From: Octopus vulgaris | Taxonomy: Eukaryota | DNA: 64,000 bases | Reading direction: 5' to 3' | Assembly (NCBI GenBank): GCA_951406725.2 | Contig: OX597817.1 | Span: forward strand, 79,236,001-79,300,000 | Shown here: positions 1 to 13,170 of the stretch, piece after piece | How the letters are laid out: each line of letters opens with the position of its first letter | How positions within the stretch are numbered: position 1 is the first letter of the stretch | Made by a program: the position numbers and the translations under genes | The notes under the pieces: generated by a model | Database searches by the model: none | What the model was told of the DNA's origin: nothing | The model's input: the letters and a program-made list of their open reading frames with translations, nothing else

Positions 1-240
1 GAAGCAAGGTAAATTCGCCCAGGAAATATTTTCGCAGAATATTGAAAATGAATGACAAGTAGAAGTCACAAGCATACACACACTCGCACATGTATGTATA
101 TACATAAATGCATATGCACATCCATCCATCCATCCATCCATCCATCCATCCATCCATCCATCCATTCATACATACATACATACATACATACATGCATACA
201 TACATACATACATGCATATATATATACATATATATATATA

Positions 241-462
241 CTTAACAAAGCTGAAAATACATCACAAAACTGTTACTCAGAGTTTCACGTTCCTGTTCGT
301 CGGAGAGTTTTGGTTGAGAATAGATAGAAATTAATGAACGTGAAACTCTGAGTAACAGTTTTTGTGATGTCTTTGCAGTTTTATTAACAAAGTATATTAC
401 TCTACCTCCTGTATTCGAGTACTATTTTTTCCACCTTGTTTCACATTTATGTGCTTCTGCTG
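241..462. mobile_element. Fold-back Penelope-like non-coding fragment between (TA)n tracts
   Basis: 259-292 and 336-370 are inverted copies. The element carries the hammerhead motif and is flanked by TA microsatellites. Confidence 0.5.
266..311 (-). ncRNA. Minimal type I hammerhead ribozyme-like motif (CCGACGA core variant)
   Basis: Minus strand reads AAAACTCT-CCGACGA-AC-AGGAAC-GT-GAAAC-TCTGA-GTA-ACAGTTTT. Stem I pairs 7 of 8 bp, stem II is 2 bp, stem III region ACTCTGAGT is near-palindromic, triplet is GUA. Confidence 0.6.
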
Positions 463-527
<65 letters not shown>

Positions 528-528
528 T

Positions 529-758
529 AGGAAATGAAGAAAATGCTGACAAAATAATTTAAGTAATTTAATTAGGTGAAAGTTATTTTTACCGGTTGCG
601 CATTTGTTATGCTTATCAAAAGATTTTTTCCTCTTATCAGATAAGAGGAAAAAAACTTTTGATAAGCATAACAAATGCGCAACCGGTAAAAAGAACTTTC
701 ACCTAATTAAATTACTTAAATTACTTAAATTATTTTGTCAGCATTTTCTTCATTTCCT
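529..758. repeat. Near-perfect palindrome (about 110-bp arms) between (TA)n tracts
   Basis: Centre at 639 (cctcttatc-a-gataagagg). The right arm has an extra 9-nt duplication (aattactta). Confidence 0.9.
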
Positions 759-933
759 TTTTTATATATCACAACTCGTGTTCCACATCTCCTTTTTTAA
801 ATATATATATATATGCATGTATGTATGTATATACACATTCACGTTTGTATATATATATATATATATATATATAACTGTGGCTGTATATGTGCATGTATGT
901 ATATATGTTTGTGTATATATAGATGGATCTCTT

Positions 934-1000
<67 letters not shown>

Positions 1001-1593
1001 ACACAAGAATATTGTAAGCATCGGCTTCGAAGGCCACGAAGGCTTAGCTGGCCGAAACTTTGAACTCTCTGTCAACAACGTTCTTGTATAATAATAAGAA
1101 ATTGGACTCTACAAAAGTATTGCGTAACCCATCAGATTAATATAAAATTGTTTTTACTATAACTGAACATAAAAATAAACAGTAATATATAAGCATGCAT
1201 ATATAAGCATGTGGTTTTACTTATTATACTTATTATATTATATTAAACTTTTTAATACCTTTTTGATAGTTATATATATAAAAAAAATTTTTTTATTATA
1301 ATATTAAAAAATTAAAGGTTTAAAAATTTATAAATTTAAAATTTTAAAAATATTAAAAAATATAAAAATTTATAAATATAAATTAAAAATTTTAAATTTA
1401 AATAATTTAATTTTAAATTTTATATTTTATATATTTTGTATATTATTAATTATATTTATTTTTATGTTTTGGTTTATGTTTTTCACTGTTTGATTTGCCC
1501 AATAGTGGTTTTATCTCTAATTTGATTTATATTTATACTGTAAAATTTGATTTAATCCTAAATCTAATTTTTCTCTGTAAGTTTGGATTTACG

Positions 1594-1653
<60 letters not shown>

Positions 1654-1748
1654 TAATCCAAACATGAAAGCACAAAAAACACAACAACGCGAGGACGTGG
1701 AACAAATATAGTATTATTGGACGCTCAGGAAAGAAGGAAAGAAGGCGG

Positions 1749-1783
1749 GTTTAACGTTTCGAGCGGAGCTCTTCGTCGGAAAC
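1749..1783 (-). ncRNA. Minimal hammerhead-like motif (CCGACGA+A)
   Basis: Minus strand reads GTTT-CCGACGA-A-GAGC-TCC-GCTC-GAAAC-GTT-AAAC, with palindromic AACGTT in place of stem III. It lies in a ~210-bp insert (1650-1858) between (TA)n tracts. Confidence 0.55.
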
Positions 1784-1876
1784 ATAGGAGAAGGTAAGAT
1801 CCAGAGAAGGGAAGACAGAGGGAAAAAATCGCCAACGGTACACACGCGGTCACATTTTTATATATATATGTATATG

Positions 1877-1913
<37 letters not shown>

Positions 1914-1976
1914 GATAACGCCATAAAGAGTATTGTCACCGAAAGGCAATCTCTATCGCTAACTTAATATGGATAA

Positions 1977-2180
1977 TGTGTTAGAACACAGAGTACTGTG
2001 TTATTTACCTTGAGATAACTTCTCATACGGACTCGTCATGCATGAAAGCGCACGTATTTATAACGTTTACAGGCGAGAACCGTCCAGTACAGCAGCTGGA
2101 ACTATCACATTACGTCATTTTACCCAGCTTGGGCTTCTGATTGGCTGATGTCCTATAGCGATTTAACAGCCGAATCTCAC
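1977..2180 (+). repeat. Unclassified dispersed repeat, copy 1
   Basis: tgttagaacacagagtactgtgttatttacct... aligns with 3144-3340. Confidence 0.7.
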
Positions 2181-2189
2181 TGTCAATGA

Positions 2190-2444
2190 TTTTCTTTATT
2201 CTTTTGTTCTTTTAGTTGTTTCAGTCATTTGACTGTGGCCATGCAGGAGCACCACCTTTAGTCGAACAAATCGACCCCAGGACTCATTCTTTTGTAAGCT
2301 TAGTACTTATTCTATCGGACTCTATTACCGAACCATTAAGTTACGGGGACGTAAACACACCAACATCAGCTGCCAAGCGATGGTGGGGGAACAAAATTAA
2401 ACACACAGGTACATACACGCACACATACATATATACATACATAC

Positions 2445-2506
<62 letters not shown>

Positions 2507-2819
2507 CATAAGGGACATTAGCCAACTGAATATGGCTAGGGACAGAGCAGGGTGGTGGGGGTGTCACTGTTGCATTTAGCCCCAGGCGAACATCAACGTC
2601 ACCAGATAGGCCGACGCCATCACGGCGTCCTCTATCTTTGCAAGATAGAGGACGCCGTGATGGCGTCGGCCTATCTGGTGACGTTGATGTTCGCCTGGGG
2701 CTAAATGCAACAGTGACACCCCCACCACCCTGCCCCGTCCCTAGCCATATTCAGTTGGCTAATGTCCCTTATGTTATGGAGCAGTCACTGTCTATATCTC
2801 ATTTAGAGAATTATTATTG

Positions 2820-2851
<32 letters not shown>

Positions 2852-3003
2852 GCACGACGGACTTCTTTCAGTTTCCGTCTACTAAATCCACTCACAAGGC
2901 TTTGGTCGGCCCGAGACTAGAGTAGAAGACACTTGCCTAAGATGCCACGCAGTGGGACTGAACTAGAAACCATGTGGTTGGGAAGCAAGCTTCTTACCAC
3001 ACG
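2190..3003 (-). mobile_element. tRNA-derived CORE-like SINE (family A), interrupted by a palindromic insert
   Basis: Same sequence as the 14768, 18851 and 63392 copies. The internal (TA)n carries the 2503-2820 insert. Confidence 0.85.
2503..2777. repeat. GC-rich near-perfect palindrome, 136-bp arms, 3-nt loop
   Basis: 2503-2638 versus 2642-2777. Two mismatches seen, no indels. Confidence 0.95.
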
Positions 3004-3143
3004 GCGAGGATTTCAGTGCCTGAAGAGGTATTGATGACGCATATAGACAGTGGGCTTATTAAAAAAAATAATTGATGGCAACAGAATCAGTATTAAAACC
3101 AAAAGACAATTTCTTTTTATTTCGAACTTATTGTGGATGAGGT

Positions 3144-3340
3144 GTTAGAACGCAAAATACTGCGTTATTTACCTTTCGAGAACCTTTCATGCTGACTCGT
3201 CGTGCATAAAATCGTTCGTATTTACATCGTTGACAAACGAGATTCGTCTGCTACGGCCGCCGAAACTATCAGATCACGCGATTTCTCACTACTTAGGCTC
3301 GTCAGTGGTTGGCATCCCGTGATGACAAAGTAGCGAAAAT
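3144..3340 (+). repeat. Unclassified dispersed repeat, copy 2
   Basis: Diverged direct copy of 1977-2180. Confidence 0.7.
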
Positions 3341-3372
3341 TTGCTTACGGTATGTTAACAGTTAACAGTTAA

Positions 3373-3588
3373 GGCGGCGAGCTGGCAGAAACGTTAGCAC
3401 GCCGGGCAAAATGCCTAGCGGTATTTCGTCTGCTGTTACGTTCTGAGTTCAAATTCCGCCGAGGTTGACTTTGCCTTTCATCCTTTCGGGGTCGATTAAA
3501 TAAGTACCAGTTACGCACTGGGGTCGATATAATCGGCTTAATCCGTTTGACTGTCCTTGCTTGTCCTCTCTGTGGTAAAGAAATAGGT
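3373..3588 (+). mobile_element. tRNA-derived SINE (family B)
   Basis: A-box-like tggcagaaacgttagc, B-box gagttcaaattcc, central gcctttcatcctttcggggtcgat. Flanked by direct repeat ggtatgttaacagtt (3349 and 3586). Confidence 0.85.
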
Positions 3589-4316
3589 ATGTTAACAGTT
3601 TTATGGAGAGGTCACACCATCTTGTTATGCTACTTTCCCTAGAATCCATAACCCAAACCTGAGATGTGTTTTACATAATTTAATGAGTGTGTTACATTTA
3701 AGAAACATTTTTGGAAGAAATTTTAATCTTTCGTCCGCTTAATAGCTATTGCAATGATTGCTTGACAAAAAGAAGACTGTGGTGATGTGCCACACTGGGG
3801 GACGATCGTAGAGACAAAACACTATACGCAAAATATGAGCATTACATCCTGTGTGGTTATTCTCTTGACCTACATGTAAATAATTCAGGTGATCTGAAAG
3901 AGAGTAAAGCTGAAATACGTTACTCGTATAACGTTCTTTATACACGTATGTGACAAATTTACACTTTCATACTTTAGTCTAATGCATAGAATTATGCATT
4001 TTCGCCAACAAAACCAATTTAAATATCTTTCAGTTAGATATTTTATTTACTTATGAAGAAATACACTAAGCTGATATTTTTCAACATCAACTTCGGGTGC
4101 GTTTTATCAGCGAGTGCGTCTTATACGCTGACCAATATGATGCACACACATACACACATATATATACACATGCACACACAGAGATACACACACATATACA
4201 CATCGATGTGTATAAATGATATGCATATAATGTATACATAAGTTCATACATAGTTTGAAAAGGTTTCGCACTAAACTTTAAACCTCTGGAGAATTCCTCT
4301 AATATTCTAAGCTAAT

Positions 4317-4360
<44 letters not shown>

Positions 4361-4715
4361 ATATATATATACAAATGATGAACCAAATAGAGAACATATA
4401 TATGTATGTGAGTATGTATATGTATGCATGTGTGTATGTATACATGTATGTATGTATGTATGTATATGTGTATGTGTATATATATGTATGCATGTTTGTG
4501 TGTATGTATGTATGTGTGAATATATGTATGGGCTCTCCTTCTGGGCCGCTCTCTCTTTCTCTCGCTTTCCTTCTTTTTTTTACTCCGTCATTTGTTCTTT
4601 GCACAACTTGGTGAAGTTATCTGAAAATACAATTGCTTTTCTACTGGAATCTCATTTGTCTCGCTTCTTCCCGACTCCCGCCCTGGTTCTACATGCCTAC
4701 TACAATAACTGCGAT

Positions 4716-4753
<38 letters not shown>

Positions 4754-5384
4754 TAGTAGTCGTAGTAGTAGTAGTAGAAGCCGAGGTGGTGACGGCAGTA
4801 GCGATGGTAACGATGGTTAAAGAGACTGCTCCAGTGTCAAATAGTGGTATCAGTACTTTTAAGGCAGTCTGTTGTCAGTAATGGCGGCCATTAGATTACT
4901 GCAAGCATTTGACCATGGTATAAGTGCTTCAAAGATTAAATTTATTAGAGCTAGTAAAGCAATGTCTCTAACACTTTGGGTATATATTGAGTAATAGGTC
5001 TTTTCTGCATGCAAATCTCTCCCTCTCTCTTCCCCCCCTCTCTCTCTCTCCATTTTTCAGGGTTAGCTTCTTTTATTTTTTTATATTTCTTATTTTATTT
5101 TTTACTTTTCTCTCCTCTTTCTCTTGACAATTACAGTATTTCTCATATTTTATGAGATGCAGCTGGCCATAGAGACTGTATCAAAGACTTATTGTGTATC
5201 CATTCGCTCCACCATCATTCCCATCTCTATATCGCACCACGACCCACATACACAAAGCATGTAAATACACATACATAGACACCTACACAAATACACACGC
5301 GCACACACACACATATATATATATATACATATATATATACATATATATATATAAATATATATATATACATATATATATATATAC

Positions 5385-5415
<31 letters not shown>

Positions 5416-5633
5416 TATAGATAGATATATATATATACGTACATACATAGTTACATACATACATGCAAATGTATGTATAAATGTAACTATGTATGTACGC
5501 ATCCACATATATATATATATATATGTATATATATGTGTACATAGGTAACTGTGTATCTATGTATGTATACGTGCACATCTAGTTACGTAGAATCATGCAT
5601 ACGTACATACATATGAGTGTACATACTCTTTTA

Positions 5634-5675
<42 letters not shown>

Positions 5676-6048
5676 CACATACATATACATATACAGATAT
5701 ACGTACATGCATACACAGAAACACACTTCCTATGCTCTGTTTTACAATCTAACATGTTTTTCTTCTTACCACTAAGAGAAATATCAACAACAATAAAAAC
5801 AACTGCGATGCCAACAACCTCTGTATTAAAACTTCACCTGATTTCGTCTGTAATCGGTTGAGTCAAGAAGAAAATGGAAAGGGTAGAAAGAATACATGTT
5901 TGTATTTGTTTGAAAGTCTTTGTATATGCGCATGTATTTATGTGTGTATGTACGTACTTATGCGTGTATATATTTATACACATACATACATGCATAGCCC
6001 TCTATATATAGATAGGTAGGTATACATATACATATATATGTACATATA

Positions 6049-6097
<49 letters not shown>

Positions 6098-6535
6098 ACG
6101 TGTGTATAGGAGACACAGACAGTAAAGTTGGAGGAGAATTTAAATGGCTAAAAACAAAATAAATATGAGAAATTCTTCAAGTATTCATGCCACCTAGAAC
6201 TTTAAGAAAGATAAAAGAGATGTATGTATAGGGTGTCACTTCCGTATTAACTCTGTGACATTCGCTATGCATTCCCTTATAGAACGCAAAAGAAATCCTT
6301 CATCTAGCAGTCATCTGTCTACAAACAAAACAGTCTTACATTTCAAAGTAAATTTCTTCTAATCATTTTAAACACTACCCACACTTTCTAGGCGTGTGTG
6401 TGTGTGTTTGTGTGTGCTCGTGTACGTCTGTGTGCATAGGTATATGTAAGTATATTTTCTATACTTTCCAATATATATATACACACACATATATATATAT
6501 ATGCATGTAAATATATATATATAGAAATGTGTGTT

Positions 6536-6573
<38 letters not shown>

Positions 6574-6662
6574 AACACACATTTCTATATATATATATTT
6601 ACATGCATATATATATATATATATATGTGTGTGTATATATATATTGGAAAGTATAGAAAATA

Positions 6663-6707
<45 letters not shown>

Positions 6708-6785
6708 AATATATATATATATATTTATATATATATATATATGCATGTAAATATATATATATATAGAAATGTATGTGTTTATGTT

Positions 6786-6826
<41 letters not shown>

Positions 6827-7513
6827 TTATACATATACATATGTATGTGTTTGTAAAAGCATTTCAGTGATGCAAGCGAAGAGTTTAATTAAATATGTCG
6901 GATAATGTCTGTGAATGAAAACAAAGAGATACGATATAGGAATACTTTACTTGGGTTGTTTAACGATTCTATAATATTTCGGGAAAGGGTTCCCCTTTTC
7001 AAATAGGAAGAAAATCAATGAGTTCATTTAGAGAAATTTGTGGGAATCAGCAGCCGATTCGTATATGCTGTGACAAAAGGTATAGCATGGTCGATAAAAA
7101 AGTACTGATCCAATTACGTTGGGTTGAAGAAACTGTAGTAACGTCAGAAGGAATACCTTGCAGTATTTCGTCCGACTCTGAGTTCAAATCTACCTATGCA
7201 AATCTAAATCTGCAGCTAGATTTAGCACCGCCATCTATCACGTCGGATGACTTTATCGGAGTTCACTCTGTTGAAACTATACGCGCCAGGTTCCTAGTTC
7301 GAGGAGAGCTTTCTCTTCCCACCCGCTAGTCTCGAAGACTGATCACTAGCACTGACCTCCCGCCTGGCTAAAATACAAAACAAAACGTGAAGGAGAACCA
7401 AACACTGCATTGCACTTAAACACCTCAAAGTGCTGTACATTCGGTAGTGCAAGAAATGCATGCAATAAAATGAAAACTCAAATAAAATAAATAGAACATA
7501 GGTGGTGGTGGTC

Positions 7514-7597
<84 letters not shown>

Positions 7598-8327
7598 TTA
7601 TCTGTTGCTTGTTTCTGTTTAAGTGATACTTCATGCTACACGAATATTTTGTGGGGAAAAAACAATAACAAAATATAAGAATAGAAAATGAAAAAAATAT
7701 ATTTTAAAGATAAAATGATAATTATTTAAAACGTTTATTTAACTTTTTGAAAGTGTGTTTTAGTTTTTCTCTCCACCTTTCCTAAACCAGTAAAAGAGAA
7801 GAGGCTCATATAAAATTCAACACCTGCCTCTTTAAAATTTTATTTCAGCTGTTATGGATAGATAGGTGAGGTCTTCTCAGGGATGAAGTATCATCATTGT
7901 AGAGGCTTCTTCTTCTTCTTCTTCTTCTTCTTCTTCTTCTTCTTCTTCTTCTTCTTCTTCTTCTTCTTCTTCTTCTTCTTCTTCTTCTTCCTTTTGTTAA
8001 TTACCCACTTCCCCCACCTTTGTGTGTTTTCCATTTTTCTTTCTTTTTTCTTTCTTTCTTTCTTTCTTTCTTTCCTTTTCCCCTGACGTTTCTTTTCTAT
8101 TCTTTTCACGCTGGTCTCCTGCCTTCAGTTATCCCTTCTGCTGTTTATATTTACATCTCCCTTCCTCCTTGTCTCACCCTCTCAACGCCATCCACTCTTC
8201 CTTCAGTTATTCTTCTTCCTTCTCATTATACATTATTACTGGTTGTTTTTGTTCCTACTGTTATCCTTTACAGCACTTTTACAAATGATAATGGCATAGT
8301 AGGAATAGTTGTAGTAACTAGCAGTGA

Positions 8328-8403
<76 letters not shown>

Positions 8404-8479
8404 CCCCCAGTGTCACTTTCATGACATGAAATGCTCTCTCACACAATAATAACAACACAATAATAATCTTCTCTACTAT

Positions 8480-8800
8480 AGGCACAAGGGGGCATGATGT
8501 GTATATGTGTGTGGAAGCGTTTGTGTGTGCCCTTGACCAGACATAATGTGGTGGTTGTAAATGAGTTAATCGTGAAACAAACGGGGTTGATCGTTTCCAG
8601 TCTTGCTTGAAAAACCTGTCTGGCCAAGGAGAAATATTACCTTGCTTGGAACCAAGCGAAATTTTGCAACGGCTGTAGAAAACCAGCCTAAGTAAATTCC
8701 ATATAATCCATATAAGCATGGAAAAGTAAATGTTAAACGACGACAACGATGGTGACGACGACGACGACAGTGACAACGACGATGACGACGACGGTGATAT
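8480..8800 (+). repeat. Decayed SINE/LINE 3' end with (GAC/GAT)n tail
   Basis: Ends ...aagcatggaaaagtaaatgttaaacgacgac, resembling a retroposon tail. Confidence 0.35.
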
Positions 8801-11259
8801 GAGGATGATATAGTTAAATCATACTTAAGTAGAAACAAATAGCAGAAAAATGTCAGCCACTCACATACAGGAGAGAAGCTGTCACCTTAGTCAGGTTGGA
8901 GTATCCAACGTTATCAAATTTTAAACTCTAGTTCTCTTTCCCTTTCCCTTGGTCACTACATTGTTCCCATCGTCTTTTCGCACATTGTATGTTATTCCTA
9001 GCATTCACTTGTTCTTACTTTGAGTGATCGTTTACTGTTATCTCCTCCCGGAATAGTGCATCCTCATCTTCCTTGTGGTCTTGCATTTCGTTTGTTTATA
9101 AGTTTTCTCATTTCTTTTTTGCCTCCCTGGACAGTTTTCGCTGTTTCCAGCCTTTATTCGTTACCCTACATTACAAGATAATGCATATAGTGGTACCACT
9201 GGGAGATCACCCCTCTATTTTCTAGTTCTGACCAAATATCAGCTGAGATTTTAGGCTATTTTCAGAACTTCGACGGTGTTATCTTAGAAGCAGTAACTCC
9301 TTAGACCTGCTGGTATTGTCACAGCTTCCACTGCTGCTCGTCTCTCTCTCTATCTATCTATTTTTCCAGTTTCTCTTGGAAGGAAGCCTTTTAGTAGCAC
9401 CTATGGTCACACGTACTACAACTTCATAACCGATTTAACTGGTTTTGTTCTGCAATCACGATGGATTACAGTTCCGGGATAAGTACGTGATCTTCAGAGC
9501 TCATTGTTATTTGCCTGTCCAGACAAAAAATCTTACTCGACCACAATTTGTTTCTTGTTACGTCAGTGCTTACCAAATGCTCGTCCTGTGGGACAAAATT
9601 AACAACGTAATGGTCTGTTACTAATGCACTAGCATCCATATTATCTGTTCCAGTTGAGGGAGTATACATCACGCAATACATCAGCTACTACTCTCATCCT
9701 CTTTCAAGAATCTGTAAAGATTCCCTCATTGTTAGCAAAACAAAGTAATGTCACTTTCTTCTTGCTTTTTCGAGGATGATCCTCGCCCAAGAAAGCAACA
9801 TGTTTATTCAAAATAGCTTTTATATTTTCTTTCTTCGGATTGGCTTATGTCGCAATGCAAGCAAATTATAGTTGTTACTGATATAAGTACTCTACTTATT
9901 ATCGACAAGATTTTCTTATTAAATTAAAAATTTATCACCAGTCTCTTTATGGGGTCTTTCTATATTGTTATTGGAAGCATTTCTGCATAGAAGTATTTAA
10001 TTTTTGTTTTAATTTGTATTTTTTTAATGTTTCCATGTTTAAGAATTGTTGGATGCATGTAAAGTACCTTTTCACCGGCATAACACACATTGTGGGAAAT
10101 TTGCAAAGCGAAATGATATTCAAATGGTCATCTAGTAGAAACTCAAAAAGTTAAAGAAAAATATTAAAAACAAGACTTTTTGAGCTCCGGGAAAAAATAG
10201 GGCTGTGTTCAAGTAATCCAGAATGAAACACGAAAGATATGGTGTGGATTGTCTTTCAACAAAAACAAACTACCCCCTTAGGAATAAGAAGCTACTACTC
10301 AGATATTACCAGAGCACTCAGCAACTCCGATCACCTTCTCATGTAACTATAATCTAAGTCCTTCGAATTTACCCGTGAAGATATTCGCTTTATAATCAAC
10401 TTGATGTTCAACAAGTCCCCTGTATGATCCTATGCATAAATCCTTCATACTTTCTTGCCTCGTCCTCAGTTTTATATAATAGACATGCGCACCTATATAC
10501 TCTCATTTTACCCAGTATAGGATATTCTATCTTATATCGGCTAAGACACTCTCCTCTTCGAAGTGCATTTTGGCAATCTTCTCTGTTTTGCAGAAGAGAG
10601 GTATGTCTCTTTACTGCTTCCATTTCTTTAATAAACTCCTCTGATATAAGACTTTCAGACACTTTCTTGAACTATGGATCTATCTTATATCGAGTAACTC
10701 TCTATGACTTGCTACAATAGCAAAAGAAGTGATGTTCTTATTGACGTTGCTCTCATTATTATTAAGTTGATGTTTCCAACACTCGTTTTTATTTTTACTC
10801 TAAATATTTAAAAGAGTATCTGTTATATTTCATGTCCTGTTCTTAGGTCTCTCTTTGTATAACAAATTTTCTGGAGGAAAATTTGATATCAATATTCTTG
10901 ATACCATTATAGCTAACATCTACAACCTTGGGTAGATGTTAGCAGAACTGGCCATTTTGAAATCGGAGTAGACAATGCAAAAGGCCATCCTGCCAAAATA
11001 TAAAGACATTTAAAGACGATGTTTATACAGACACTTTTTCCAAGCCAGGCGTAGTGTGGAATGGACGTCTGATTTTCCGAAAGCTTTTTGTTGATAAAAC
11101 AAATTAAAACCACTGTTTTTGTTATTTGGTAATCCGGGAAAAATCGCCTTCAAGATGGAGCTTTGTAAACGCATGTGTTAATGGCAAGCGACAACGTCGA
11201 CTATGACGACGACGGCAACAACAATAAGAACAGTAATAACATCAACAACAAAAAACGTC

Positions 11260-11318
<59 letters not shown>

Positions 11319-11493
11319 TGATAATAATAGCAAGAAAACAACATCAAGGAAGCAGTGAAGACTAATGTTTTAGCCATTAGGATTCGACATTACCTTTTAA
11401 CCACCGGATCTAACACTCGGAAAAAATTTCACAAGAGGCAATATTTTTTTTTACTACGAATTATTAATATTATTGTTGTTGTTGTTATTTTTA

Positions 11494-11570
<77 letters not shown>

Positions 11571-11574
11571 GTTG

Positions 11575-11630
<56 letters not shown>

Positions 11631-12129
11631 TCTATTACTAAAACTGTTTTTAACGTTTTTTTCTACTATTATTGTTATTATTAATATTACAACTGTTTGT
11701 CATTGTTGTTATAGAGTTGAATTCATAAAATGGAGCTTTGTAATACTAGAAGACACGTTTTTGGAAATAAATCAATAACATTTTAGTTATTCTCCGCTGT
11801 AGTGTTTCCCCAACCATTATGCAATCTTCTTCATTATTTCAATGGTTGAAGAATAGATAGCTTTAAGCTAAAGTGGATTGCCAAAAGAAAATGACTTCAC
11901 TCTTCAGTATTCAGACTTCCTTCTCTATTAAAATGTATGTAAGTATGCACGTATGTATGCATGAATATATGTACGCATTTATGTATGTTTGTATGTATGT
12001 ATCTATAAATGTATGTATGTTTCTATATCTGTATGTATGGATGTATGCACACATGAATGTATGTATACGTATATATGTATGTATGAACGTATGTATGTAT
12101 ATATGTATGCATAAGCAAATGAATGTATG

Positions 12130-12191
<62 letters not shown>

Positions 12192-12324
12192 TGTATGTAT
12201 GTATGAATAAATGAATGATTGAATGAATAAATGAATGTATGATTGCATGTATGGATATATATATAAGAATATGTAAATCAGCTTATATAAGTTGTACGTG
12301 TTCGTGTAACCATACATGTATGTG

Positions 12325-12385
<61 letters not shown>

Positions 12386-12696
12386 GTGCGCATACATGCA
12401 AGTATGTGTGCATGTATATCTATATCTATCTATCTATATATAAAAAGCTATACACACACGCACACACACATATGTATACCATATGAATTGGTTTATGTGC
12501 ACGTGGAAGTTTTCGCACACATTTCTATGCATACATACATCTGTTTATGTCCGTGCGTTGACATCTACGTATAAATGTGAGTGAATGTATGTATATTTGC
12601 ACACATATATACAGATATATATATATATATATATGTATATATATGTATATATGTATATATATATATATATACATTTACAAATATATATATGTATAC

Positions 12697-12755
<59 letters not shown>

Positions 12756-13052
12756 CATATACATATATATAAGCATGTGTAAATATATATGTGTGTGTGT
12801 GTGTGTAAATATATATAAATATATATTTGTGCGTGAGTGTATGAGCATATATATACATGTATATGTGTGTGTCTGCGTGTTCGAACATTTTAAAGAATAT
12901 TTTGAAGAAAGGCATATACACCTATGGATATTCTCTTTTGTTGTAAGAAATATGTGAATGCGGGCTTTGAAAACCTGCATGCTTTTTTTATAGGTGTGTG
13001 TGTGTGCATGTATACATACATGTATATACGTATGTGTGTGTAAGAGAGAGAG

Positions 13053-13083
<31 letters not shown>

Positions 13084-13170
13084 GAAAATGTGTGTATGTC
13101 TGTGTTTGTGTGTGAGTGTGCATATGTGTGTTCGTATGCTTTATATTATTCTTAAACAGGAACAACACTG

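Noticed and set aside
1255-1460. Aperiodic almost pure A/T stretch
   Set aside because: Looks like a decayed or poorly base-called (TA)n tract. No structure can be supported.
2642-2777. Possible HDV-like or hammerhead ribozyme in the palindrome arm (ctggtga, ggctaa)
   Set aside because: Could not build the required pairings within one arm.
3020-3026. Isolated CTGANGA words here and at about 31605, 34793, 44600 and 50506
   Set aside because: No stem II-GAAA-NUH-stem I arrangement follows, and such words are expected by chance.
4860-5010. TAAT-rich unique stretch resembling a conserved enhancer
   Set aside because: Conservation cannot be judged without cross-species alignment.
9400-11160. 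Complex-sequence minus-strand ORFs (9466, 10408, 10913)
   Set aside because: No recognisable motif or consistent splice structure. Possibly a decayed TE, which needs a translated search.
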